Below, in pieces: positions 42,125 through 51,252 of a DNA stretch of 64,000 bases. Position numbers and translations under genes: made by a program. The stretch is from Candidatus Aalborgicola lynettensis (GTDB taxonomy: Bacteria; Pseudomonadota; Gammaproteobacteria; Burkholderiales; Burkholderiaceae_C). Position 1 is the stretch's first letter. The number at the start of each line of letters is the position of its first letter. Location: positions 13,580 through 77,579 of the forward strand of contig JADJZE010000019.1 of the NCBI GenBank assembly GCA_016719405.1, given 5' to 3'. The notes beneath the pieces were generated by a model, which saw only the letters and a program-made list of their open reading frames with translations, made no database searches and was not told the DNA's origin.

Positions 42125-42472
42125 TCAATTCATTTCAATGGGCGGTTTACCAGACTGCAATTCCACATAGTCACGCTCGATATTGCGGTGAAATTCGACG
42201 GGCAACCGCGCCCAGTCATGCACATCGACCAAGATCGGTAGTGCACTTTCTTGCAGAGCTTCTTTTAATTCCCACCAGCCCTCCGAAGGTGCCGACAGAT
42301 TGGCCGGGTTGCGCAGCACCAGATCCAGGTCGCTGCCCTCGTGTGCGCCACCATGGACACGGCTGCCATATGCCCATACTTGGGCGTGCGGCACATGGGC
42401 CTGCAACAACTGGCACAGCAAGGCCAGGTGGTGTGCCGCCAATTGCAGCGGGCGCCGTTCAAGACTGGGCAT
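42125..42472 (-). CDS. MNT-type nucleotidyltransferase (HI0073-like antitoxin candidate)
   Basis: Contains the YGSRVHGGAHEGSDLDLVL NTase motif. ATG 42472 overlaps the HEPN gene by 14 nt. Confidence 0.75.
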   Translation of the reverse strand: MPSLERRPLQLAAHHLALLCQLLQAHVPHAQVWAYGSRVHGGAHEGSDLDLVLRNPANLSAPSEGWWELKEALQESALPILVDVHDWARLPVEFHRNIERDYVELQSGKPPIEMN

Positions 42473-42890
42473 TGAACAATTCCTGCAAAGGGGCAGCCAA
42501 TGCCCGCACATCCGCCAGATAGGAGGGCAATATCTTTAACGTTTCATCCGCAAAACCTGCGCCGTAGTCGTGCGCAGTGGTGTTGCGGTTGGCACGGTAA
42601 GCCAGCCAGCGCTCTACACCCGCAACATCCAGGAGCCCATGTTTACCCGCATGGCGCAAAACATCGTTAAACACCAACTGGTCTACCGCACGTGGGCTAC
42701 CGCCATACAGCTTGAGTGCCTTGCGCAACAGTTTGCCTGTAGTCTCCAAGGACAACTCAAAGCTCTTAATGGCGGCGTTGCGAAAGAGGTCGTACAACAC
42801 CTCATCACCGGGCTTGACTTCCGCCAGTTTGAGAATGGCTTGCTCCAGGGTATCGGCGGTGCGTAAAAGGTGGTCAACATTCAAGCTCAT
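42459..42890 (-). CDS. HEPN-domain protein (HI0074 family nucleotidyltransferase substrate-binding protein; toxin candidate)
   Basis: MSLNVDHLLRTADTLEQAI..., with an Rx4H motif in YRANRNTTAHDYG. AGGAAG lies upstream of ATG 42890. Confidence 0.75.
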   Translation of the reverse strand: MSLNVDHLLRTADTLEQAILKLAEVKPGDEVLYDLFRNAAIKSFELSLETTGKLLRKALKLYGGSPRAVDQLVFNDVLRHAGKHGLLDVAGVERWLAYRANRNTTAHDYGAGFADETLKILPSYLADVRALAAPLQELFNAQS

Positions 42891-42947
42891 GGATTCTTCC
42901 TTATCCTGGGTACACGCATCGTGCAAAGCCGCTCTGGCCTTGTGTTG

Positions 42948-44552
42948 CTACAGCGCCTTGCGCAGCGACGCGGGGGCAATTTTGAGCCCCTCGCGGTATT
43001 TGGCCACGGTGCGGCGGGCGCAGTCGATGCCCTGTTCTTTGAGCATTTCGGAAATCTGGTTGTCGGAGAGGGGCTTCTTGTTGCTCTCGGCACTGATGAA
43101 CTGCTTGATGAGCGCGCGCACGGCCGTGCTGGACGCGTTGCCGCCGCTCTCGGTGCCCAGACCGGAGCCAAAGAAGTATTTCAGCTCGAAAGTGCCAAAC
43201 GGCGTAGCCATGTACTTGGCCGTGGTGACGCGGCTGATGGTGGATTCGTGCAGCCCCAATTCATCCGCAATCTCGCGCAGCACCAGGGGGCGCATGGCCA
43301 TTTCGCCGTGGGAGAAAAAACCTTTTTGTCGCTCCACAATCGCCGTACTGACGCGCAGGATGGTGTCAAAACGCTGCTGGATGTTTTTGATAAACCAGCG
43401 AGCCTCTTGCAGACGCTGTTGCAGCCCGGCGTAGCTGGCGGCGTCTTTGCCGCCGCGGTGGTTGCGCAGCACATTGGCGTAAATGTCGTGCACGCGCAGC
43501 TTGGGCATCACTTCCGGGTTGAGCATGACACGGAACTGCGAGCTGGCTCCGGGGCGGGTCTTGGCCGCTGGCACCACCAGCACATCGGGCACCACAATGT
43601 TGCGTTCCACATCCACAAAACGCCTGCCGGGCTTGGGCTCCAGGCGCGCAATCAGGGCAATGGCTTCGCGCGTTTGTGCATCGGTGCCGCCGCAGCGTTG
43701 CACCAGGGTTTTCACATCGCGGCGGGCCAACAGGTCCATCGGCTCGGAACAGATGCGCAGGGCCACACCCAATATGGCGGCCCGTGCAGGTTCGGGAGGA
43801 TCCAGCGCGTCGTCGAGCTGGGCGCGCAGTTGCAAGCGCAGGCACTCGCCCAAATCACGCGCACCCACACCGGCAGGCTCCAGGCTGTGCAGCAGCCCCA
43901 AGGCCACGGTGAAGTGGTGCACCAGTTCTTCCAGCTGCTCTTCATCGTCACCAGCCAGCCCCCGGGCGAGGTCTTCAAGCGTGTCTTCCAGGTAACCGTC
44001 GTCGTTGAGCGACTCGATCAGAAAGCGCAGTGCGTTGGCATCGAGCTCACCCAAGCGCAAGCGCAAGGCCTGGCGGTGCAGGTGGGACTGCAGCGACTCC
44101 TGGCTGCGCGCCAACTCGGTGGCATCGGTGTCGTCACCATCATCCAGGTTGTTGGCTTTGGCCTTGGCATCCGTGCCCCACTCGCCATCGTCGGGCACCA
44201 GCTCGGTGGTGCCGTCGCCGTCCCAACTGGGTTCTTCAGCCCCTGAGAGCGGCGTAACTTCATCGTCTTTTGTGCCGTTTGCGCCCGTCTGGTCTGCGTA
44301 ATCAGCTATCGAATGAGGAGCAAACTCCATCTCGCGCTCACCCTCGCTGACCGGCGTGTCGGCCTGCGCCAGACCAAATTCTTCGCGCGGGGCCTCGTCT
44401 GCCGTCAATTCCAGAAACGGGTTCTCGTCGAGCATTTGCTCCACCTCCTGGCTCAGTTCGAGCGTGGAGAGTTGCAGCAGCCGGATGGACTGCTGCAACT
44501 GGGGCGTGAGCGCCAGGTGCTGCGAGACGCGTAGGGACAGCCCTTGTTTCAT
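42948..44552 (-). CDS. rpoN: RNA polymerase sigma-54 factor
   Basis: MKQGLSLRVSQHLALTPQLQQSIRLLQLSTLEL... plus the C-terminal RpoN box ARRTVAKYR. Confidence 0.96.
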   Translation of the reverse strand: MKQGLSLRVSQHLALTPQLQQSIRLLQLSTLELSQEVEQMLDENPFLELTADEAPREEFGLAQADTPVSEGEREMEFAPHSIADYADQTGANGTKDDEVTPLSGAEEPSWDGDGTTELVPDDGEWGTDAKAKANNLDDGDDTDATELARSQESLQSHLHRQALRLRLGELDANALRFLIESLNDDGYLEDTLEDLARGLAGDDEEQLEELVHHFTVALGLLHSLEPAGVGARDLGECLRLQLRAQLDDALDPPEPARAAILGVALRICSEPMDLLARRDVKTLVQRCGGTDAQTREAIALIARLEPKPGRRFVDVERNIVVPDVLVVPAAKTRPGASSQFRVMLNPEVMPKLRVHDIYANVLRNHRGGKDAASYAGLQQRLQEARWFIKNIQQRFDTILRVSTAIVERQKGFFSHGEMAMRPLVLREIADELGLHESTISRVTTAKYMATPFGTFELKYFFGSGLGTESGGNASSTAVRALIKQFISAESNKKPLSDNQISEMLKEQGIDCARRTVAKYREGLKIAPASLRKAL

Positions 44553-44640
44553 AAAGTCTCCGCCGGGCCGCCCCAAGGAGACTTAGCCCCCTTTGGGGGG
44601 CAGAGCAGTACACGAAGTGACAAACGTGGGGGCCACATGT

Positions 44641-45426
44641 TTACATTTTGAAGTGCTCGCCCAGGTAGACCCGGCGCACGTCGGCATTGTTCACAATCTC
44701 GGAGGGGGTTCCTTGGGCCAGCACGGTGCCGTCGCTGATGATGTAGGCGTGGTCGCAAATACCCAGCGTTTCGCGCACGTTGTGGTCGGTGATCAGCACG
44801 CCAATGCCACGGCCTTTGAGGAAGTTGATGATGCGCTGAATCTCAATCACCGCAATCGGGTCAATACCGGCAAAAGGCTCGTCGAGCAGAATGAACCGTG
44901 GTCGTGTCGCCAGGGCGCGCGCAATCTCGACACGGCGGCGTTCACCGCCCGACAGGGCCAGCGAGGGTGATGCACGCAAATGGTCCACGCGCAGCTCTTG
45001 CAGCAGCGCGGTCAGGCGGGTTTCGATCTCGGCGCTTTTCAAAGGCTTGTCATCGTCGTCGCGCTGCAGCTCCAGCACGGCACGCACGTTGTCTTCGACA
45101 TTAAGCTTGCGAAAAATGGATGCCTCTTGCGGCAAATAACCCAGCCCCAGGCGCGCACGGCGGTGAATGGGCATGTGCTCGATGCTCTGCCCGTCGATGG
45201 TGATGTCGCCCGCGCTGGCGTGCAGCAGGCCCACGATGATGTAGAACGAGGTGGTTTTGCCGGCGCCATTGGGGCCCAGCAGGCCCACCACCTCGCCGGT
45301 GCGCACGGCCAGCGAAACGTCTTTGACCACCTGGCGGCGCCCATAGGACTTTTGCAGGTGGTGCGCCTCCAGTATTCCCTGGGGCGCATCGGTGGCGCCC
45401 ATCAAGGCACTTTGGGCGGCGCTCAC
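44641..45426 (-). CDS. lptB: LPS export ABC transporter ATP-binding protein
   Basis: Contains Walker [10 protein letters not shown], the signature LSGGERRR and Walker B ILLDEP. The GTG start overlaps the lptA stop. Confidence 0.93.
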   Translation of the reverse strand: MSAAQSALMGATDAPQGILEAHHLQKSYGRRQVVKDVSLAVRTGEVVGLLGPNGAGKTTSFYIIVGLLHASAGDITIDGQSIEHMPIHRRARLGLGYLPQEASIFRKLNVEDNVRAVLELQRDDDDKPLKSAEIETRLTALLQELRVDHLRASPSLALSGGERRRVEIARALATRPRFILLDEPFAGIDPIAVIEIQRIINFLKGRGIGVLITDHNVRETLGICDHAYIISDGTVLAQGTPSEIVNNADVRRVYLGEHFKM

Positions 45427-46037
45427 TGCGGCACACTCCCCAGCGTGGTGGACGGATTCAAGGTAGCCGGCGCAGCAGCCGGCGTGGCGGCAGCGCCTTC
45501 GGGCTTGGGCGTCAACACCGCACGCACCCTGCCACCGGGAACGGGTAAGCCGCCCTGCCGGGGCACGCCGTCGACACTGAACATATCGGTGAGGTTTTCG
45601 TACACGATGAGGGCGCCGCTAATTTCATCGGCCACGGTGGCGCCACGCAGGCGGCGCAAATGGGCCTTTTTGATGAACTTGACTTTGTCGGCACGGCCGT
45701 CGTACTCGATGGTTTCGCTCTCGCCTTCAATAAACTCGTCCAGGCCTTCGCGCTTTTGGCGAAAGAAAGCCGGCGACTCGGGGCTGCCAACCACCATCGC
45801 AAACTGGTAGCCATCAGGGTCTTGCCGCACCTCCAGCAGCGCACCGCGCACCAGGATGGTCCCTTTGGTCAGTACCACGTGGCCAGAGAACACGCTGATT
45901 TGCTTGACGTCGTCGTAGCGCAGCGCATCGGCCTCAATGTTCATGGGCTTGTTGCGGTCGGCTTTTTCGGCCTGGGCCAGTGGCGCAATGCCCACCAAGG
46001 CCGCCAGCAACAACAAGGAAAGAGTAGGGTTTTTCAT
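45423..46037 (-). CDS. lptA: LPS transport periplasmic protein LptA
   Basis: Signal peptide [23 protein letters not shown], then an OstA-like domain ([11 protein letters not shown]...). Confidence 0.85.
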   Translation of the reverse strand: MKNPTLSLLLLAALVGIAPLAQAEKADRNKPMNIEADALRYDDVKQISVFSGHVVLTKGTILVRGALLEVRQDPDGYQFAMVVGSPESPAFFRQKREGLDEFIEGESETIEYDGRADKVKFIKKAHLRRLRGATVADEISGALIVYENLTDMFSVDGVPRQGGLPVPGGRVRAVLTPKPEGAAATPAAAPATLNPSTTLGSVPQ

Positions 46038-46039
46038 AA

Positions 46040-46055
46040 AGGCACGAAACTTGCT
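46040..46055 (+). promoter_or_regulatory. Candidate sigma-54 promoter (-24/-12)
   Basis: aGGCAC-GAAAC-TTGCT against the consensus TGGCAC-N5-TTGCW. It points toward the SPOR gene about 300 nt downstream. A single hit like this is expected by chance about once per two windows of this size. Confidence 0.25.
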
Positions 46056-46357
46056 CACGGGTGTTGGGGCCATTGTACTGAGGCACTTCCACCCGATGGA
46101 CGCCCCAATCCACCAACGCCCCGGATTTTTGCGAAGTTTTAACGGATTTTGACGGGTTTTATGGCGCGTCTTCCCGCCCTGTGCAGACGCCCCGCAGGCC
46201 AGGCAGAGATGCACCAAAGTGACGCTGCAAACGGTTGACGCCATGGCCCTGTCGGATTAGCTTTTTCACTCTAACTGCAGGCCCCCATTCTGGGTTTCAA
46301 TGCGAACCACACCACGCATATCCCGCGTGGCCGATGCTTACACCAGAGAGGACCACC

Positions 46358-47692
46358 ATGACACCCGCCGCACTGCAAGAACACCCCGACAACACGGTCA
46401 CCGAAGCCACCGCTCCTGCGGGCTCGATGCCCGCCGCCCCCACCATCGAGCCCAAGCTGGCCCAGCTGCTGGAATTTACGCAAAAAAACCAGTCCACCAT
46501 CACCCCCAAAGAGATCAACGCCCACCTCGAACAGGTGCTGCACAACTACGACACCCTGACTGCCACCTACGCGCGCAACAACGAGCGCCTGGATGCCGAG
46601 CTGGCACAACTCCGCCAAGCGGGTGAGACCACCGCCGGGCAGTTGCAACAGCGCATGGGCGCGGTCGATGCGCGCATCGACACCCTGGACGGCGAAGTGC
46701 AGCAGGACATTGTGTTGCTGGACACGCGCATCGCCACCGTGCACGGCCTGCTGCAGGCACAAGACGCCATCCTGCAGGAGCAAAGCGCGCGCCTGGACCA
46801 GTTTGGACTGGCTCAGGAGCTGCTCGATACCGCCACCCGTGGCAACCGCAACCGGATTGAAGCCGTGCGCGAATGGGCTGCCAGCCAGCAAGCGGTGTCC
46901 AAGGCGCACATTGATGGCCTGCGGGCTCTGCAACGCGAGCACTATTCGCAGTTCCAGTCGGTACAGCAGGCGGTGCAGCAACTGCGCGCCGACACACTGC
47001 GCCTGAACCAGGCCCAGGCGCAAACCGCACTGCAACTGGACCACCACACCGCCCGCACACGCCGCCAGTTCCACTGGACCCATGGTGCACTGGCTGGCGC
47101 AGTGCTGCTGGGTGTGGCGGGGTTTGCCGCCGTCAAGTGGTCGAGCGCCTTTGCTCCGGTGACCACCCAGCAAGCCGTGGCCCAACTCGATGGGCGTGTG
47201 AACGGCATACGCCGCGAAGTAAGCGACCTGTCAACCCTGCAAACGGTGGTGGTTGAGCAAGACGCAAAAACCACCAAGCTATCCGCGCAGTTGGCGCAAC
47301 TGGAAAGCAGCTTGGGCACATTGGGGCAATCGGTGAACAAGCTGCGCGCCGCCCAAACCCGCACCACACTGGACGGCACCACCGGATTACCCCTGCATGA
47401 CGCCCAGTGGCTGCAGCAACAAAGCCCCAAAGCCTATACCGTGCAATTATTGACTGCCGATACCCCTGCCGAACTGACGCAGCTGATTACCCGCCACGCG
47501 GCAACGCTGGCGGACGCAGGCCTGGCTTACACCCGCACCGAACGCAACGGTCAAGACCGCTACAACCTGTTTTACGGCGTGTTCGCCCATGCCGCACAGG
47601 CCCGTGCCGCCCTTGCCGCACTGCCCCCCGCACTGCAAACGCAGCAGCCCTGGGTACGACCCATGCATTCTGTGCAAAAAACCATGCAATAA
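46358..47692 (+). CDS. DamX-like coiled-coil protein with C-terminal SPOR domain
   Basis: GAGAGG precedes ATG 46358. It has a long Q/L/A-rich helical region, one TM helix (ALAGAVLLGVAGFAAV) and a C-terminal SPOR-like domain YTVQLLTAD...YNLFYGVF..AQARAAL. Confidence 0.7.
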   Translation: MTPAALQEHPDNTVTEATAPAGSMPAAPTIEPKLAQLLEFTQKNQSTITPKEINAHLEQVLHNYDTLTATYARNNERLDAELAQLRQAGETTAGQLQQRMGAVDARIDTLDGEVQQDIVLLDTRIATVHGLLQAQDAILQEQSARLDQFGLAQELLDTATRGNRNRIEAVREWAASQQAVSKAHIDGLRALQREHYSQFQSVQQAVQQLRADTLRLNQAQAQTALQLDHHTARTRRQFHWTHGALAGAVLLGVAGFAAVKWSSAFAPVTTQQAVAQLDGRVNGIRREVSDLSTLQTVVVEQDAKTTKLSAQLAQLESSLGTLGQSVNKLRAAQTRTTLDGTTGLPLHDAQWLQQQSPKAYTVQLLTADTPAELTQLITRHAATLADAGLAYTRTERNGQDRYNLFYGVFAHAAQARAALAALPPALQTQQPWVRPMHSVQKTMQ

Positions 47693-47714
47693 CCCGCAAC
47701 AACCGCAAGCACTT

Positions 47715-48488
47715 TCAGGCTTGCGCGTACTGGTCTTCCAGGTAGTTGATGATGGCCAGCGACTCGAACATCTTGACCCCGGTGTTCGGGTCTTCCAGGT
47801 AGGGCACCTGAACGCGCCCGAGCTGGGCCAGCACCTTTTCACGCCGACCTCCGGGGCGCGGCTTGTAGGGCCCCGGCTTCATGCGCATGACGGCCGGACC
47901 CATGTCGGCCAGCTGCTCCTTGCCGATGTTGTGCAGCACGTAGGGCAATTCCAGTTCAGTGAGCCGCTCACGCACCAAGCGTGAATACGGGCTCGCCTCG
48001 AAACTCCACAACTGCAGCAACTGCGCCGGCTTCTTGGATTTGCGTTTGGTAATGCCGCGCAAGCCACGCACCGCCGAGCCCATACCGCCCCACAGGGGAC
48101 GGAACTTGCCGGGCCGGTAGAACAGGGGCGTGGGGCGACCACCATAGGTGCGAAACAGGTAATCAATAATCTCAGCGGACTCGTACATCACGGTGTCGGT
48201 GTTGCGATCCAACAGCATCGGGAACTGCGCCTTGCCGCCCAGGCGCTTGGCCTCGGCGCGGTAGCGCTTGCCACCCTTGGGGCAGGGGTAAATTTCGGCG
48301 TCCAAACCCAGTGCAGTCAAGGCTTCGCGCACACTGCGGCAGTAGGGACTGCCCTCCATGTCATACAAACGCAGCGCCAACGGTGGCTGCACGGCCGCAG
48401 TGACCACACGGGTGCCGCGCCATGCCGTCAGGGTAGAAGTGGCCACGGAGCCGACGACGCTGGCGTGGTGCAAAAGATTCAATGGCAT
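47715..48488 (-). CDS. Glutaredoxin/GST N-terminal-like double-domain protein
   Basis: 257 aa with two thioredoxin-fold halves (LRLYDMEGSPYCRSVREAL... and LQLWSFEASPYSRLVRERL...). Confidence 0.65.
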   Translation of the reverse strand: MPLNLLHHASVVGSVATSTLTAWRGTRVVTAAVQPPLALRLYDMEGSPYCRSVREALTALGLDAEIYPCPKGGKRYRAEAKRLGGKAQFPMLLDRNTDTVMYESAEIIDYLFRTYGGRPTPLFYRPGKFRPLWGGMGSAVRGLRGITKRKSKKPAQLLQLWSFEASPYSRLVRERLTELELPYVLHNIGKEQLADMGPAVMRMKPGPYKPRPGGRREKVLAQLGRVQVPYLEDPNTGVKMFESLAIINYLEDQYAQA

Positions 48489-48522
48489 GCGCGGAGTTTA
48501 CGTGGTTCAAAAAAAGCCAAAT

Positions 48523-48553
48523 CGTAACCCGTAACCCGTAACCCGTAACCCGT
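48523..48553. repeat. Heptanucleotide tandem repeat (CGTAACC) x4 plus partial
   Basis: Read directly from the sequence. It lies 35-65 nt upstream of the ATG at 48488. Confidence 0.98.
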
Positions 48554-48699
48554 GGGTGCTCGCCGGTTGCTGGAAACTCCAGCAAGCAACGTGCGGACCG
48601 TCCGCAGCGCAGGGTTCAATAGTCGAGAGGGATCGATGGTCTGAATTATTTCGCCTCTGCCACGGGAATTCTGCGCCCAACAGTTAGAATTACGGCAGT

Positions 48700-48776
<77 letters not shown>

Positions 48777-48792
48777 TTATTCTTGATAAAAC

Positions 48793-48826
48793 GCCTGCTA
48801 ATGGTTTTGCCTTAGCAGGCTTTTTT
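48793..48826 (+). terminator. Rho-independent terminator after tRNA-Pro
   Basis: GCCTGCTAA / TTAGCAGGC stem followed by T6. Confidence 0.8.
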
Positions 48827-48922
48827 ATGGGCGCAATACACGATCACCCATAAACCTGGCGCATCCTTCGATGCGCCGTATTTTCGGAACTTCGCGTCGG
48901 ATACGTTCCGACATTACAAGTA

Positions 48923-49093
48923 TTAGCCGCCTTTTTTCGAGCGTTTGCCAGGATTCTTCTTGCTGCGTGTTGCGGTGCCCCGCTCCAAGCTGACCTTTTG
49001 GCCCCGTCCACCCGTGGCAAGCACCATGCCAGGCATCGGTTTCGGCGCAGGTGTTGCTTTACGGTCCGCTTCAGTAACAATCTTATTTCCCAT
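48923..49093 (-). CDS. Hypothetical small basic protein (56 aa)
   Basis: Below the ORF-track cutoff. GAGGAA lies 3 nt upstream of ATG 49093. Translation: MGNKIVTEADRKATPAPKPMPGMVLATGGRGQKVSLERGTATRSKKNPGKRSKKGG. I recognise no homolog. Confidence 0.3.
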   Translation of the reverse strand: MGNKIVTEADRKATPAPKPMPGMVLATGGRGQKVSLERGTATRSKKNPGKRSKKGG

Positions 49094-49189
49094 GAATTCC
49101 TCACAATGTAGAGTTAAAACCTCTATTAGGCCATAGGTGACACGGGTATCGCCTGCGGACTTGCGGATTTTTCAGGAACAGGGCCTGCA

Positions 49190-50431
49190 TCAATCGCAGT
49201 TGGTCCATTTGCGGACGAGACACACTTGCGCCATTTCCTGGGCCCGCGCCACTTGCTCCGGCGTTAATTTGTCGAACAACAAATCCCTATGGCGAATGGG
49301 CTCGGGGTGGCCCGATGTGGCTCCCAGGCTAAACCACATATAAGCGCGCAGGAGATCTTGCTCAACACCTAAACCCTTGGCATACATTAACCCGATGTTG
49401 TTGGCTGCAATCACCTGGCCCTGGGCTGCCGCCAACCGGTACAACTTCATGGCTGCAGCGTAATCGCGCGACACGCCAAGCCCGTTTTCCAGCAACTCGC
49501 CCAGATTGATTTGTCCGGTTTCGTCGCCCTGCTCCGCAGCGAGTCGGTACCACTTGTAGGCACTTGTCAAATTTTTCGGAACGCCAATGCCGTTGGCGTA
49601 AATGAACCCCAGATTGATTTGGGCCGCTGCATAGCCTTGTGTTGCAGCGAGTTGATACCATTTGCGGGACTGCTCATGGCTTTGCGGCACGCCCTGGCCA
49701 TTCGCATACTTCAATCCCAGCGCAAATTGCGCTCCCGCATGCCCCTGCGCAGCTGCCTGCTGAAACAAGGCCAGTGCCCGCGCAATATCCTGCTTTACGC
49801 CATACCCGTTGTTGTACATGGCGCCCAGATTGGCCTGCCCCCTGGCAAAACCCTTGTCAGCGGCAAGACGGTACCACTTCAATGCCTCAGCATAGTCCTG
49901 CGGCACACCCTCGCCATCTTCATACATCACACCCAAAATGGTTTGCGCCCTGGGGTAGCCCTGCGTGGCGGCCAATCGGAGCAATTTGAGCGCTTCATCG
50001 ACGTCTCTTGCAACCCCCTCACCATTGCTGTACAGCGCAGCCAAATTGGTCTGTGCACGCGGGTACCCCTGCGCAGCGCCGAGCCGGTACCATTTGCCAG
50101 CCTCCGCCATATCACGCTGGACACCGCGCCCGTATTCGTACATGCGGCCGATATTGGTTTGGGCAACTGCGCTCCCGCGTGCTGCAGCCATGCGATACCA
50201 CTTGAGTGCCTGTGCATAGTCCTGCTTCACACCATGGCCATCCTCGTACATCATTCCGAGGTGGTACTGCGCCCTCACATCACCTTTGCCTTCGGTGGGG
50301 GCCCGCTGCCTTGCTGCAAAAATGGCATCGCCCCGCTCGTAAGCGCCTGCGTCATCCACCAATTCAGATGCAAAGGAGTGGCCCGCCGCCAAAAACGCGG
50401 CACACAGCGCCGTCAATAGGGTTCTTTGCAT
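49190..50431 (-). CDS. Secreted Sel1-repeat (SLR/TPR-like) protein
   Basis: Signal peptide MQRTLLTALCAAFLAAGHSFA, followed by about 10 repeats of A..WYRLAA.QG...AQ..LG.MY..G.GV.QD. Confidence 0.85.
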   Translation of the reverse strand: MQRTLLTALCAAFLAAGHSFASELVDDAGAYERGDAIFAARQRAPTEGKGDVRAQYHLGMMYEDGHGVKQDYAQALKWYRMAAARGSAVAQTNIGRMYEYGRGVQRDMAEAGKWYRLGAAQGYPRAQTNLAALYSNGEGVARDVDEALKLLRLAATQGYPRAQTILGVMYEDGEGVPQDYAEALKWYRLAADKGFARGQANLGAMYNNGYGVKQDIARALALFQQAAAQGHAGAQFALGLKYANGQGVPQSHEQSRKWYQLAATQGYAAAQINLGFIYANGIGVPKNLTSAYKWYRLAAEQGDETGQINLGELLENGLGVSRDYAAAMKLYRLAAAQGQVIAANNIGLMYAKGLGVEQDLLRAYMWFSLGATSGHPEPIRHRDLLFDKLTPEQVARAQEMAQVCLVRKWTNCD

Positions 50432-50526
50432 ACTGGAAGTGTGACAAACATCAATCTGGCCTGCGCGATCATCCAACCCACAGCGGCGTCAACACCGATG
50501 GCAACCACCGCGGGCGGCCATCGCCA

Positions 50527-51186
50527 TCACCGACCCGCCCGGACATCCACAATCAAGGCATCGACCACCTGCAGCGCACGTTCCATGCTGCGCGCCATGG
50601 TGCCGTCGGTATAAAACCGCCCAGCCACGCCCAAAGCCGGTACACCTTCGATTTTGTAGGTATTTTGCAGTTGCGTGGCCCGGGTGGCTTTGGTTGCCAC
50701 CGTAAATGAGTTGTACTGCTCCAGAAATTTGGACTTGTCTACACCCTGGCGAGCCACCCAGTCGGCAATCACGTCACCTTTTTCCAATCGAATTTTTTCA
50801 CCATGAATGGCGGTGAACACCTTGACATGGAGTTTCTCCACCAACCCCATGGCTTCCAGCGCGTAATACAAACGCTGCTGCGGCACAAAACTGTCCTGAA
50901 AAGCAACCGGAACCCGCCGCACCACCACGTCTTTGGGCAACTTCTTGATCCACGACTCCAGCGCAGGCTCAAACGCATTGCAATGGGGGCAGTTGTACCA
51001 AAAGAACTCCACTACTTCAATTTTGCCTGCCGGGGCATCCACTGTCGCCCGGGGGTCCAATACCTGGTATTCCGTGCCAGCCTGCGGTTTTTTGGGCTGC
51101 GCATGCACCCCGGACACCAGCGCAGCAGATGAGAGCAAGGCTGCACCCGCAGCAAACTGGCCAAATTGACGACGTTGCATGTTCAT
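50527..51186 (-). CDS. dsbA: Thiol:disulfide interchange protein DsbA
   Basis: Contains the FFWYNCPHCNAFEP active site, with a signal peptide starting at ATG 51186. Confidence 0.9.
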   Translation of the reverse strand: MNMQRRQFGQFAAGAALLSSAALVSGVHAQPKKPQAGTEYQVLDPRATVDAPAGKIEVVEFFWYNCPHCNAFEPALESWIKKLPKDVVVRRVPVAFQDSFVPQQRLYYALEAMGLVEKLHVKVFTAIHGEKIRLEKGDVIADWVARQGVDKSKFLEQYNSFTVATKATRATQLQNTYKIEGVPALGVAGRFYTDGTMARSMERALQVVDALIVDVRAGR

Positions 51187-51252
51187 TCGAAAAAACTCCT
51201 GATAAAGCATCTCTGATAAATGCGGGGGTGATAAGTTCAAAGTCCGTTGGCG

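Noticed and set aside
40567-42522. 651-aa plus-strand ORF
   Set aside because: It is antisense to the THUMP methyltransferase and MNT genes and has a low-complexity Ala/Gly/Arg composition.
42870-44246. 458-aa plus-strand ORF
   Set aside because: It is antisense to rpoN.
45423-46244. Long form of the lptA ORF (273 aa), possibly an LptC-LptA fusion
   Set aside because: The extra 69 N-terminal residues are Arg/Cys/Trp-rich with no LptC-like sequence. The signal peptide starts at the internal ATG at 46037.
48523-48553. Telomere-like repeat (CCCGTAA resembles CCCTAA-type units)
   Set aside because: There are only four units, in the interior of a bacterial chromosome segment between ordinary genes. 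They are treated as a simple microsatellite.
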